NCBI GenBank assembly: GCA_963709645.1 | Contig: CAVPXP010000021.1 | Location: 88,445 to 152,444 of the forward strand | DNA from: an uncultured Gammaproteobacteria bacterium | Lineage (GTDB): Bacteria; Pseudomonadota; Gammaproteobacteria; Chromatiales; Chromatiaceae | Reading direction: 5' to 3' | DNA length: 64,000 nucleotides | Part shown: positions 50,750 through 60,067 of the stretch, piece after piece | Position numbering within the stretch: the stretch's first letter is position 1 | How the letters are laid out: each line of letters begins with the position of its first letter | Program-made: the position numbers and the translations under genes | Notes under the pieces: generated by a model | The model's database searches: none | Told to the model about the DNA's origin: nothing | The model's input: the letters and a program-made list of their open reading frames with translations, nothing else

Positions 50750-51181
50750 CCCAACCGGAGCCAGTACCCAACCGCAACCGCAACCGCAACCCCAACCGCA
50801 ACCCCTGCCATGGGGGAACTCCGTGACCTAATCCGCGAGGGCCGACTGGATGACGCCTTCGCGCTGGCCCAGGACCGCTTGAGCGCCGGGAGGCCACCCC
50901 CGGCAGAGGATCTCTGGGCACTGGGCCAAGGGTTGCTCAAGGCGCGGCGACTCGATCAAGCCTTCGCCCTGATCCGGGAGCTGGCGAACGCCGGACACGG
51001 CCCCGCTGCCTTCGCCTTGGCAGAGATGTACGATCCGTTGCATTGGTCCAAGGACAACTCGCCCTTCTCCAAGCCCAATGGGGCCAAGGCGCGAGACTGG
51101 TACCGTCGTGCTGCCGAGGCTGGGGTGCCAGACGCCGATGCGCGACTCAAGGCCGTCGATAGTGCCGAGGAGGCGCCATGA
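49663..51181 (+). pseudogene. Hanks-type Ser/Thr kinase paralog with TM, Pro-Gln linker and Sel1-like periplasmic domain; one frameshift near 50767
   Basis: The kinase domain is residue-identical to 42819..44996 up to GRGRRGL. TM WAIGLVLLVAIAGGLYWLL. The (CAACCG)n tract reads PNRNRNRN in the track frame and PQPQPQPQPQPLPWGELRDL in the frame of ORF 50810..51181 (AAFALAEMYDP...ARDWYRRAAEAG). Confidence 0.8.
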
Positions 51182-53202
51182 TGCATATGTCGACCCGCCT
51201 CGGGGTTGTGGCAAGGGTCCTTGCGGTAGTCCTGGTCGGCCTCGGAGCCGCGGCGGCTGCGGCTGCCGAGCGGCAGGCCCTGCCCATGCCGGGCAAGACC
51301 AGCCTCTATCAGCGGGTGTTGACCCGCCCCGGCGCCGCTCTGCGGGATGCCCCGAGCACGACGGCCCGGCGCGGTGCCGAGGTGCCGCCGCTGAGCGTCT
51401 TCCACGTCTACGACCGGCGGCAGGTCCAGGGCTCGGACTGGCTGGAGTTGGGCACCGCCGCCGCGGATGCCGCTGTCGGCTGGCTCGCGGCGGCCGAGGT
51501 CATCGACTGGCGTCAGACCCTCACTGTCGCCTTCACGCGTAACGCCGATCGGGAGCCGGCCCTATTCTTTCGTGAGCGGGGGGGGCTGATGGGGCTACTT
51601 GAGTCCGAGACCCTGGTACCGGAGACTGAGCGCCTGCGTGCGGCGATTCGGGAGGGCCGGATCCCGGAGGGATTTCCGGTGATCGCCAAGGAGCCGGATA
51701 CCTATGTGGATCCTAACCGCCAATTCTATCTGCTGCCGATCCTGGCTCACGAGCAGGTCGACCTGGAAAGCGGCCTGCGTGCGACGGTCTTGGATGTGGC
51801 GGCGGTGACGCTCCAGGCAGGGGATCCGGACCTGCTCGCCCAGGGTGCGGGGGGCGGCGGCGGTGCGTCAGCGGGGACAGGGGATGCCCCGGCTGGGGCG
51901 CCTGCGGACTATCGTGCCGGGGTGGTCTTCGTGGTCGACACCACAACCTCCATGGGTCCCTACATCGACCGCACCCGCGCGGCCATCCGCCGCATCTACG
52001 ATCGGCTCAAGGGCTCGCCGATGGGCGACGCACTGAGCTTCGGACTGGTAGCCTTTCGGGACAACACCGAGGTGACCCCCGGCCTGGAGTATGTAAGCCG
52101 GGTGGCTGCCACCCTGGAGGACGGCCGGGACCCGTCGGGCTTCTTCGGCAAGGTGAACCGCGTGGAGGCGACCAATGTCTCCAGCCGGGGGTTCAACGAG
52201 GATGCGTTTGCCGGGGTCTACGACGCCATCGAGTCCATCGACTGGCGGGGCTACGCGGGCCGTTTCGTCGTGCTGATCACCGACGCCGGCGCGCGCGAGG
52301 CCAATGACCCCCTATCGCGCACCCACCTGGGGGCCGAGCGCCTGCGCCTCCTGGCCCAGGAAAAGGACCAGACTGCCGGCGGCGGCAAGATCGCCATCGC
52401 GGCCCTGCACCTCCTCACCCCAGAGGGCCGCCAGACCCATCAGCTCGCCGCTGCCCAGTATCACACCCTGACCCGCTGGGGTGACGCCGGTGACCTCTAT
52501 TTCCCGGTGAAGGGGGGCTCGGTGGATGCCTTCGGCTCCCAGGTGGATGCGCTTGCCGACGCCCTGGTGCAGCAACTGGAGGGCATCCGCTCGGGCCGAA
52601 TCATTCAGGTGCCCGAGGGACCTCAGGCCACTGAGGTGGAGCGCAAGACCGCCCTGGTCGGGCGTGCCATGCAGCTCGCCTATCTGGGGCGGGAGGCCGG
52701 TAGCCGGGCGCCGCGCCTGATCGATGGCTGGGTCAGCGACCGCGACCTCACGGACCCGTCCCAGAAGGTTCTGGAGGTGCGGGTCCTCATCGGCAAGAAC
52801 CAGTTGAGCAACCTCCAGGAGACCCTGGAGGCCATCGTTGCCGCCGGGGAGCGTACCACCATGACCGCCAAGGACTTCTTCGGCCAGTTGCGGGGTGCCG
52901 CGGCGGCCCTGGCTCGTGACCCGGACAAGGTCAGCACGTTGCAGGTGAAGCGCCTGGCGGATGTGGGCCTGGTGGGGGAGTGGCTGGACGATCTGCCCTA
53001 CACCAGCCAGATCATGAATCTTACCGAGTCCCGTTGGCTGGCGCGCTCCTACGCGGAGCAACAAGAGGTGCTGGACGCCATCGAGGAGAAGATCCGGCTC
53101 TACCGCCGCATCCATGACGATACGGACCGTTGGATCGATCTGAGCGGGCGCGCCTCCAAGGGCGAGTCGGTCACCACCATCCCCTTGGACGCCCTGCCCT
53201 GA
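51178..53202 (+). CDS. secreted/periplasmic vWA-domain protein
   Basis: Signal VLAVVLVGLGAAAAAAA. MIDAS-type VVFVVDTTTSMGPY, then VVLITDAG. Long helical C-terminal region. ATG overlaps the kinase stop (ATGA). Confidence 0.8.
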   Translation: MMHMSTRLGVVARVLAVVLVGLGAAAAAAAERQALPMPGKTSLYQRVLTRPGAALRDAPSTTARRGAEVPPLSVFHVYDRRQVQGSDWLELGTAAADAAVGWLAAAEVIDWRQTLTVAFTRNADREPALFFRERGGLMGLLESETLVPETERLRAAIREGRIPEGFPVIAKEPDTYVDPNRQFYLLPILAHEQVDLESGLRATVLDVAAVTLQAGDPDLLAQGAGGGGGASAGTGDAPAGAPADYRAGVVFVVDTTTSMGPYIDRTRAAIRRIYDRLKGSPMGDALSFGLVAFRDNTEVTPGLEYVSRVAATLEDGRDPSGFFGKVNRVEATNVSSRGFNEDAFAGVYDAIESIDWRGYAGRFVVLITDAGAREANDPLSRTHLGAERLRLLAQEKDQTAGGGKIAIAALHLLTPEGRQTHQLAAAQYHTLTRWGDAGDLYFPVKGGSVDAFGSQVDALADALVQQLEGIRSGRIIQVPEGPQATEVERKTALVGRAMQLAYLGREAGSRAPRLIDGWVSDRDLTDPSQKVLEVRVLIGKNQLSNLQETLEAIVAAGERTTMTAKDFFGQLRGAAAALARDPDKVSTLQVKRLADVGLVGEWLDDLPYTSQIMNLTESRWLARSYAEQQEVLDAIEEKIRLYRRIHDDTDRWIDLSGRASKGESVTTIPLDALP

Positions 53203-53930
53203 TGGCCCCCTCGCCGCCGGTCTATCTGTGCCGGGCACTTGTGAAGCGTCGGCAGGCAGGGGGAACCCGATTCGAGCTCCTGGTGCCGGAGCTGAGGGTC
53301 CGCCCGGGGGAGGTGGTAGTCCTGCGCGGCCAGAGCGGCTGCGGCAAGAGCACCCTCCTCGACCTGCTCGCGTTTGCGCTCAGGCCCGACGGCGCCGAGA
53401 CCTTCAGTTTTCATCCGGAGCACCGTCAGCCCACGGATCTGCTCCGGCTCTGGGGGCGGCGCGACCTGGACGGGCTCGGGCGGCTGCGTGGCGCCCACGT
53501 CGGCTATGTGCTCCAGACGGGCGGACTCTTGCCCTTCCTTACCGCCCGGGAGAATATCGCCCTGTCCTGCCGCCTGTTGGGGCAGGACCCGGCCGGTCTC
53601 GTCGAGCGCCTCGCGGAGCGGCTGGGCATCGGCCCGCAGCTCGACAAGAATCCAGGCCAGCTCTCGGTGGGGGAGCGCCAGCGGGTCGCCATCGCCCGCG
53701 CCCTGGCTCACCGCCCGAGTGTGCTGCTGGCGGATGAGCCTACGGCCTCGGTGGACCCGGTGAATGCGGCCGCTATCCTGGATCTGCTCTTGGAACTGGT
53801 GCGCCAGGCGGGGGTGACCGCGGTGATCGCGAGCCACGACTGGCACCCGGACGGGATCCCCGGGGTCCAGGTGCTCGAGCACCGCATCGAGCGCGACGGC
53901 GAGACCACGCGATCGCTGTTCTGGAACTGA
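53202..53930 (+). CDS. ABC transporter ATP-binding protein (LolD/MacB-type; TagT-like by context)
   Basis: Walker A GQSGCGKST, signature LSVGERQRVAIARAL, Walker B VLLADEPTASVD. Start overlaps the vWA stop (TGATG). Confidence 0.88.
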   Translation: MAPSPPVYLCRALVKRRQAGGTRFELLVPELRVRPGEVVVLRGQSGCGKSTLLDLLAFALRPDGAETFSFHPEHRQPTDLLRLWGRRDLDGLGRLRGAHVGYVLQTGGLLPFLTARENIALSCRLLGQDPAGLVERLAERLGIGPQLDKNPGQLSVGERQRVAIARALAHRPSVLLADEPTASVDPVNAAAILDLLLELVRQAGVTAVIASHDWHPDGIPGVQVLEHRIERDGETTRSLFWN

Positions 53931-53937
53931 CGATCCC

Positions 53938-55156
53938 ATGCGCCCCAATCGGGAGATCCTGCGCCTGGCGTATCGGGACTTCGCTCACGAGCGGCGTATC
54001 TCGCTGTGCTTCGTGCTTGGCCTTGATGGCGGTGCTGGCGCCGCTACTGGTCCTGTTCGGTCTCAAGTTCGGTCTGGTGGACACCCTGGCCCAGCGCCTG
54101 GTCGAATCGCCTGCCAATCGGGAGGTCTTGGCGGTGGGCAGTCGGAGCTTCGACGAGGCCTGGTTCGCCCGCATTGCGGCCCGAGCGGACGTGGCCTTCG
54201 TGGTCCCCAACACCCGTCGCATCGCCGCAAGCCTCAGCCGGCTCATGAGTCCCTCCAAGGGGACCGAACTGCGCGCCCTGCAGATGATCCCCACGGGCGC
54301 GGGCGACCCCCTGCTCGGGGCCCCTGGCCTTGCACCCTCCGGTGTGACTGAGCTGGTCCTTTCCGCGGCTGCGGCGCGCAAGCTGGCGGCCGTACCGGGT
54401 GACCGGCTGGTGGCGCGCATCGACCGCCACCGCAACGGCCAGGACGAGGGCGTGGTATGGGAGCTGACCGTCACCGGGGTCCTGGCCCCAGAGGCCCTGG
54501 TGGAGGAGGCGGCCCTGGTGCCCCTGGCGCTTCTGGTCGCCACCGAGGACTATCGGGACGGGGTCGCGGTGCCGGAGTTGGGCTGGGAGGGCTCCGAGCC
54601 CCCGCCCCGCCCCCGGACCTATGCCCGGTTCCGGCTCTATGCGACCAGCATCTACAAGGTGGCCGAACTGGCCGCGGATCTGACCGCCGAAGGCATCGAG
54701 GTGCGTACCCAGGTGGCCGAGATCGCCGCGGTGCAGTCCCTGGATCGGAACTTGACCCGGGTCTTCTGGCTGATTGCCCTGATCGGGACACTGGGCTTTC
54801 TGGCCTCGCTCGCGGCCAACCTGCTGGCCAACGTGGAGCGCAAGCGCCGGGAACTGTCCATCGTCCGGCTGATCGGCTTTCCAACCCTGAGCCTGGTCCT
54901 GTTCCCGGTGACCCAGGCGGTGTTGGTGGCGATGCTGGGTGCCCTTGCTGCACTGGCCCTGTACCTGCCTGTCGCTACCGCGCTGAACGGCTGGTTCGCC
55001 GAAAGCCTGCAACCGGGGGAATCCATTTGCCGGCTGCTGCCCGGTCACGTCATGAGTGCGCTCGCTGCGACTTTGCTCGGTGCGGCGGCCTCGGCCGCCT
55101 GGGCCGGCTGGCGAGCGGCGCGCATCGAGCCTGCCGAGGGACTGAGAGATGTCTAG
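53938..55156 (+). pseudogene. FtsX-like ABC permease (TagS-like by context), one frameshift near 54015
   Basis: MRPNREILRLAYRDFAHERRISLCFVLG in frame 53938, continuing as LMAVLAPLLVLFGLKFGL in frame 54017. Large periplasmic loop. C-terminal FtsX helices RKRRELSIVRLIGF... Confidence 0.8.
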
Positions 55157-56816
55157 TGTATCTTTTGCGCGGTTGCTGGCTGCCCTGTTCGGGACCCTTG
55201 TCCTGGCGCTGGGCTCCGGCCTGGCCTCTGCCGATCAGGCCGCGGGGCCCGTGACCTGGCCGGAGAAGTTCTTCAACCCGACGCCGGCGGCCGATGATCT
55301 GGTGCTGCCCCTGGCGTGCGGCGGCGCCATGGTCTTTCGCCCCGTGGAGATCCCCTCCGACAACCTGTTGGACGACCGTCAGGTGGAACTCGGCCAGAGC
55401 GATGCCGATCGCGGTTACAAGGAGGGTCGGCGTTTGAGCCACCTGGCCGGCGCATTCTCGGAGCCGTCATCGGCGGCGCGCCGATACTACATCGCCAAAT
55501 ACGAGACGACCCGCGATCAATACGCCGCCCTGACCGCTGAGACCTGCCCCACACCCTCGATGCAGGGACGTTTGCCCATGACGGAGGTTAGTTGGTTCGA
55601 TGCGGTGGACCTGGCGCGCCGCTACACGGAGTGGCTGCTCGCCCACGCGCCCGACGCCATGCCCCGGGAAGATCGCGAGCCGGGTTTCCTGCGCCTGCCC
55701 ACGGAAGAGGAGTGGGAGTTCGCCGCCCGCGGGGGGCTGATGGTCGACGAGACGGACTTTCTGGCCCCCGTCTTTCCCATGCCCGAGGGCGACCTCGCAC
55801 GCTATGCCTGGTTCGAGAGCACCCGTTCCGCGGAGGGCAGCCTCCACCCCGTCGGGCTGCTGAAGCCCAATCCCCTGGGCCTTCACGACATCCTCGGCAA
55901 CGCCGCCGAGATGACCCTGGTTCCCTTCCACCTGGATCGACGGGGCCGCCCCCACGGTCAGGCCGGTGGATTCGTCAGCCGCGGCGGCGACGTCTTCACC
56001 CCCGAGAGCCAGCTGGGCAGTGCCGTGCGCCAGGAGCACAACTATTTCAACGGCGCAACCGGGCGCGCCAAGACGCTGGACAGCCTGGGCTTCCGTTTGG
56101 TGCTGACGGCCCCGGTGATCGTCTCCCCCCAGCGCCTGGACGCGATCAAGCAGGCCTGGTCGGTGTTGCCCGCCCTGACCGGGGATGCGGGGGGCGATGC
56201 GGCTCAGGCCCTCGCGGACCTCCGACAGTTGGCCGAGCAGTCCCAGGACCAGGCACTGCGCGCCCGTCTGGAACTGATTCAGCGAGACATGGAGCGGAGC
56301 CAGTCTGCGATCAACGAGGCCCGCGCCCGTACCATGCGCGCCCTCCTGCGCCTCGGTGCCTTTCTCGGGAAGCGGGTGGTCACGGACCGACAGAAGGCGC
56401 GGGCTATCGAGCAGCTTATCGGGCTTGCAGAGGGCCGCTTCGATCGCTTCGCTGCGGAAGTCTCCGGCCGGCAAGGCTCTGACGCGGCGATCGATGAGGC
56501 CCGCGCGTCCCTCAAGGACAAGATGGCGAAGTGGCAGACACAGCTCGATGAGATCCGTGAGAGTCTGGACAATAGCCTGTCCTATTACGGCGATACGGTG
56601 ATTGGCGTGGGTCGGGATTTCGGAGAGCAGGAGGTGGGAGCGGGGATCGAGGTCGTGAACGATGAGTTTCACCTGAAGCAGAACGCCTACTTGATCCCAT
56701 ACGCGGCGCAGTTCGTGGCACACATGGCGGCCTACCGTCTCAATGGACAAGCGGACAAGGGTTCCTGGCTTGGCGACCTTGATCGGATCGGTGCCGAACG
56801 AGGGCCAGTACCCTGA
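55149..56816 (+). CDS. periplasmic FGE-sulfatase (SUMF1) domain protein with C-terminal coiled coil (TagR-like by context)
   Basis: Signal LLAALFGTLVLALGSGLASA. FGE motifs YYIAKYETT, RLPTEEEWEFAARGG, GNAAEMT, GFRLVL. About 200-aa helical tail. 8-nt overlap with the permease gene. Confidence 0.8.
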   Translation: MSSVSFARLLAALFGTLVLALGSGLASADQAAGPVTWPEKFFNPTPAADDLVLPLACGGAMVFRPVEIPSDNLLDDRQVELGQSDADRGYKEGRRLSHLAGAFSEPSSAARRYYIAKYETTRDQYAALTAETCPTPSMQGRLPMTEVSWFDAVDLARRYTEWLLAHAPDAMPREDREPGFLRLPTEEEWEFAARGGLMVDETDFLAPVFPMPEGDLARYAWFESTRSAEGSLHPVGLLKPNPLGLHDILGNAAEMTLVPFHLDRRGRPHGQAGGFVSRGGDVFTPESQLGSAVRQEHNYFNGATGRAKTLDSLGFRLVLTAPVIVSPQRLDAIKQAWSVLPALTGDAGGDAAQALADLRQLAEQSQDQALRARLELIQRDMERSQSAINEARARTMRALLRLGAFLGKRVVTDRQKARAIEQLIGLAEGRFDRFAAEVSGRQGSDAAIDEARASLKDKMAKWQTQLDEIRESLDNSLSYYGDTVIGVGRDFGEQEVGAGIEVVNDEFHLKQNAYLIPYAAQFVAHMAAYRLNGQADKGSWLGDLDRIGAERGPVP

Positions 56817-57156
56817 TCGACGGCCCAGGCCGAAGCAGGGATTCCCATAGTCGATTGCGGCGGTCGCATCCCTGAGCTTGGCCAGGCACATTCTTGGTCA
56901 AACGGTCTGGAAAAACCCGGTGCCAGCAGGTGCGGGGTGACCCCAGGCCAGCGGTCTTGCAATCGGTGGAAAGAGCGAACCGAATTGTGACTGGACTTAG
57001 GCGATTTCTGTCAGATCATGCACCAGCTAGCTTGTCTTTGCGCCCGCCTTTCTCGTCGCGCCAGCAGTCACATAGCCCAGCTATGCTTCCGCCGGTACTC
57101 CTTGAAGGCGGACGTCAATTCGGCGCCAGCTGGTACATGATTCTCCGGCAATCGCC

Positions 57157-57945
57157 TTAGTCGATCTCTCGTACGTGCATCTGCACATTACCGATGTCAA
57201 TGACGTCTCCGACCGTGAGGGGATGGCTGGGCAACACCTGCTTTTGGTTGACAAAGGTTCCATTCGCGCTGCCAAGATCCGTCAGTGTCAGCGCGATCTT
57301 CCCGCCAGACCGGCCGACCGAAATCTTGGCGTGCTGGCGAGATATGCAATCGTCATTGATCTGCAGGTCGACATTCTCGGAACGTCCGATAATCGCCCCA
57401 TGCCGGATTTGCAGCCGTTGCTCGAAACCCGACCCGACCCGCGGCTGTACGAAAAACAAAACGCTGGCCTGTCGGTACGCGGGGATAATCGTGGTTGGCT
57501 GAGGGTCCACAATGGAGCCGTGCTGGACCGCAGACAGCGTCAGCGACTCGGGCGGCACACCCAGGATAAGCGCCAGCAATCGTTGGCCCGCACGGTCAGC
57601 ATCCCTGCGGAAATCGATAAATTGAACGGTCCCGAGTTTTAGGTGGACTTCGCCGGGTTCGCAGGTCCTGGTCATCAGCGGGATAACACGTCCACGCATA
57701 TGCTCCAGGGCCCAATGAGTCTCTGCCTGAACCCATTCCGACCTTTGGGCGTCAGGTGACAGGACGACGATAAACCAGTCGGCTTGCACCAGCGCCTCAC
57801 GGATTTGCCTTTGCCAGTCGTTAGCCGTTCTGATGTGGGTTGCGGAGCACCAGGTGATTACGCCCTGCCCGCCAAACAATGGCTGGAGCTGGTTGCGAAC
57901 AAAATCAACGTCCTTGCTCGAATGACTGATGAAGAGCCGGGTCAT
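57157..57945 (-). CDS. TIR domain - FHA domain fusion protein
   Basis: From ATG 57945. TIR_2-like MTRLFISHSSKDVDFV...DWFIVVLSPDAQRSEWVQAETHWAL. FHA AIIGRSENVDLQINDDCISRQHAKI...LGSANGTFVNQKQV. The sampled line 57361-57420 is about 58% G+C against about 75% for 51241-51300. Confidence 0.8.
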   Translation of the reverse strand: MTRLFISHSSKDVDFVRNQLQPLFGGQGVITWCSATHIRTANDWQRQIREALVQADWFIVVLSPDAQRSEWVQAETHWALEHMRGRVIPLMTRTCEPGEVHLKLGTVQFIDFRRDADRAGQRLLALILGVPPESLTLSAVQHGSIVDPQPTTIIPAYRQASVLFFVQPRVGSGFEQRLQIRHGAIIGRSENVDLQINDDCISRQHAKISVGRSGGKIALTLTDLGSANGTFVNQKQVLPSHPLTVGDVIDIGNVQMHVREID

Positions 57946-58429
57946 GGTCGTCGGAATCGCCCTGCCTGCAGTTCGTCGGCTGAGCGCATGGGGTCCAGGC
58001 GGACAACGGCTTTCTGGCGGTTTTCGCTGTTCAGGGGGCACCGGGAAACAGCGCAATCGATGGCCGCTGGTGGCGCGTACTGCGACGCGGGACTCGTCTG
58101 CATCGACTTCTGCTTCAAAGTGGGAGATCCGGTTTTCGGCTGGTTCCCCTTAAGACCTGCCAGCTGATTCCCCTTGGAGAGCCGGCTTCGCCGTCGGCAG
58201 ACTCGTTCACGACCCAAAGGCGCAGATCGAAGAGCTCGCGATTTGATGGTGCCGGACAGGGTTGTGCCACGGGGACGCTGCAGGTGCACCTCAAGGCCGA
58301 TACAAGCGGTTATTGGGGTCGCATCGCAAAGGGATCGACCGACTGGCATTCTCACTACCCCTCGTGTTGTATGATTGTTCTCATCCGCGCGCTGAGGCAG
58401 TACGATTCGCTGGATCTTCGACCATGCTA

Positions 58430-58580
58430 GGGAAACGCTGATTAAAGCGTTTCCCGTGCGGGCCACGGAGGGCCAGCCATTTCCAACGGCGCTAAGCCGT
58501 TGAAAATGGAGCGCTCCACGAGTCGCGCCTCGGGGAGCGCGAGCTGATTCAAGCCAGGGATGGCTTTAATCAGCATCTCC
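58430..58580 (-). repeat. 151-bp MITE-like structured element, copy A (inverted relative to copy B)
   Basis: The reverse complement aligns with 61823-61970 at about 94% identity (8-9 differences by hand alignment). Terminal inverted repeat GCTGATTAAAGC / GCTTTAATCAGC. Internal 14-bp-stem hairpin CCATTT(T/C)CAACGGC. Confidence 0.85.
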
Positions 58581-58731
58581 CTAGCGGTCGGACGGGGGCG
58601 GCGCAGCTGGGCGGCGGCCTCTCGGTGACGTGCTGAAGTCTAACTGGTTTCCCCAGCATTTTTACCATAATCAGGTGTAGCTGACTGCATAGGGGGAGTG
58701 ATGTTCGATCTGTCCGTGACGACAACCAAGC

Positions 58732-59478
58732 TTGTCTGGCGTCGCCCCCGCATTTGCGGCTGCCGTGATTCTGATGGGAGGGTGCGTCAGCACCGGGGAT
58801 CGGGTTGGCGAGTCCGTCTCCGGTGCCGGGTCCTGGATGAGCGGGCTCACCGGCGGGGCGTCCACGACGGCTGCACCGGACAGTTCGCTCACCCCTGCCG
58901 AACAACGCCTGCGAAAACAGAGCCAGGCGTTCCAGAAAACGGTGTGGGAAGGGGTCCTGATCGGCGCCAGCGCTGGTGCGCTGTTGGGCATCTTCCAGGG
59001 TAAGGATACAGAGGGGATCCTCAAAAGGGCCCTGATCGGCGGGGCAGTGGGCGGCCTGGCCGGGGCCTACGTTGCCAGCAAACAGAAGCAATACTCGGAC
59101 AAGGAGGACCAGCTCGATTCGATGATTGCTGACGTGCAGCAGTCGAACAAAGAGACCGAGGAGCTGATTGGCAGCGCGCGGCAGGTCCTGGCCGAAGACA
59201 AGCGTCGCCTCGCCTCCGTGCGGAGCCGCTACAAGGCAGGGCAGGCCTCGGAGGCGGATCTGACGAGTACCCGCAGTCGTGTTTCGGAGAACGAGGCCGT
59301 GGTTAGCCAGGCCACCAAGGGCGCGCGGGAGAAATACTCCATGTTCGAGGGCGCCGAGCGGGAGTACCGACAGCAGAACCCCGGCACAGATACAGCTGGC
59401 CTGCAGAAGGAGCTCCGGGCCTATAACCAGCAAATCGAGACCCTGGATGGCCTCGCGAACACGGTCTCGGCAGCCTAG
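58732..59478 (+). CDS. lipoprotein with glycine-zipper segment and coiled-coil C-terminus
   Basis: Lipobox VILMGGC. Glycine zipper GVLIGASAGALLGIF...LIGGAVGGLAGAYVA. The TTG start at 58732 is uncertain. Confidence 0.6.
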   Translation: MSGVAPAFAAAVILMGGCVSTGDRVGESVSGAGSWMSGLTGGASTTAAPDSSLTPAEQRLRKQSQAFQKTVWEGVLIGASAGALLGIFQGKDTEGILKRALIGGAVGGLAGAYVASKQKQYSDKEDQLDSMIADVQQSNKETEELIGSARQVLAEDKRRLASVRSRYKAGQASEADLTSTRSRVSENEAVVSQATKGAREKYSMFEGAEREYRQQNPGTDTAGLQKELRAYNQQIETLDGLANTVSAA

Positions 59479-59488
59479 GGAGCTGGCA

Positions 59489-60067
59489 ATGAAGCGATCC
59501 GATGGTGGCAAGGGCACGGACTCCAGGTTGTACGCTGCGGCCTCGGCCATGGGGCGCTGGCGCGGCTGGGTCCTATCTGCCGGCATCTCCATCTTTGCGG
59601 CCGGGTGCGCGACCAGTGTCGATCCCCACGAGGGCGGCTTCGTGAGCGGGGTCGTGGGCCTGGCTGGCGGCGGTTACCAGCGTCGCGTCGACGAGCGGGA
59701 GGGCGTCCACCAGGGCGAGCTGAGTGCTCAGCAGCGGCTCAATGCGCAGGCGAGCGCGCTCGAGCAGGAACGGGCTCAGGTGAGAGGAGACCTGGGGCGT
59801 GCACAGTCCCGCCTGGCGAACCAGGAGCGCAGAATCGCCGCAGAGCGCTCGCGTCTGAGGGCCGAGAGCAAGAGCTCTGCTACCCAGGCGAGCCTGCACC
59901 GACTCGATCAGGCACAGGCACGCGTAACGAGTACTAAAGATCAGCTGCGGGGGGTTCGGCCGGACGAGCAGCCAGTGACGGACCTCAGGACCAGATCCCA
60001 GGGAATCCAGAAGGAGCTGGACGAGATCGACAGCATGGTGAGCGTGGTGTCCGGGAGCCGGTTCTAG
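59489..60067 (+). CDS. coiled-coil lipoprotein
   Basis: ATG 59489, lipobox SIFAAGC, then heptad-rich QQRLNAQASALEQERAQVRGDLGRAQSRLANQERRIAAERSRL. Confidence 0.6.
   Translation: MKRSDGGKGTDSRLYAAASAMGRWRGWVLSAGISIFAAGCATSVDPHEGGFVSGVVGLAGGGYQRRVDEREGVHQGELSAQQRLNAQASALEQERAQVRGDLGRAQSRLANQERRIAAERSRLRAESKSSATQASLHRLDQAQARVTSTKDQLRGVRPDEQPVTDLRTRSQGIQKELDEIDSMVSVVSGSRF

Noticed and set aside
50755-50815. Phase variation by slippage of the CAACCG repeat
   Set aside because: A hexanucleotide unit cannot change the reading frame by gain or loss of units. The frame break needs a separate 1-nt indel.
56817-57156. Possible transposase C-terminal remnant on the minus strand (…AGAELTSAFKEYRRKHSWAM)
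   Set aside because: Too short and not attributable to any family from memory. No inverted repeat or upstream continuation was found.
57946-58429. Possible missing gene or gene remnant between the TIR-FHA start and MITE copy A
   Set aside because: Translations in all six frames show no recognisable motif and contain frequent stops or low-complexity sequence. Treated as non-coding, though a small or novel ORF cannot be excluded.
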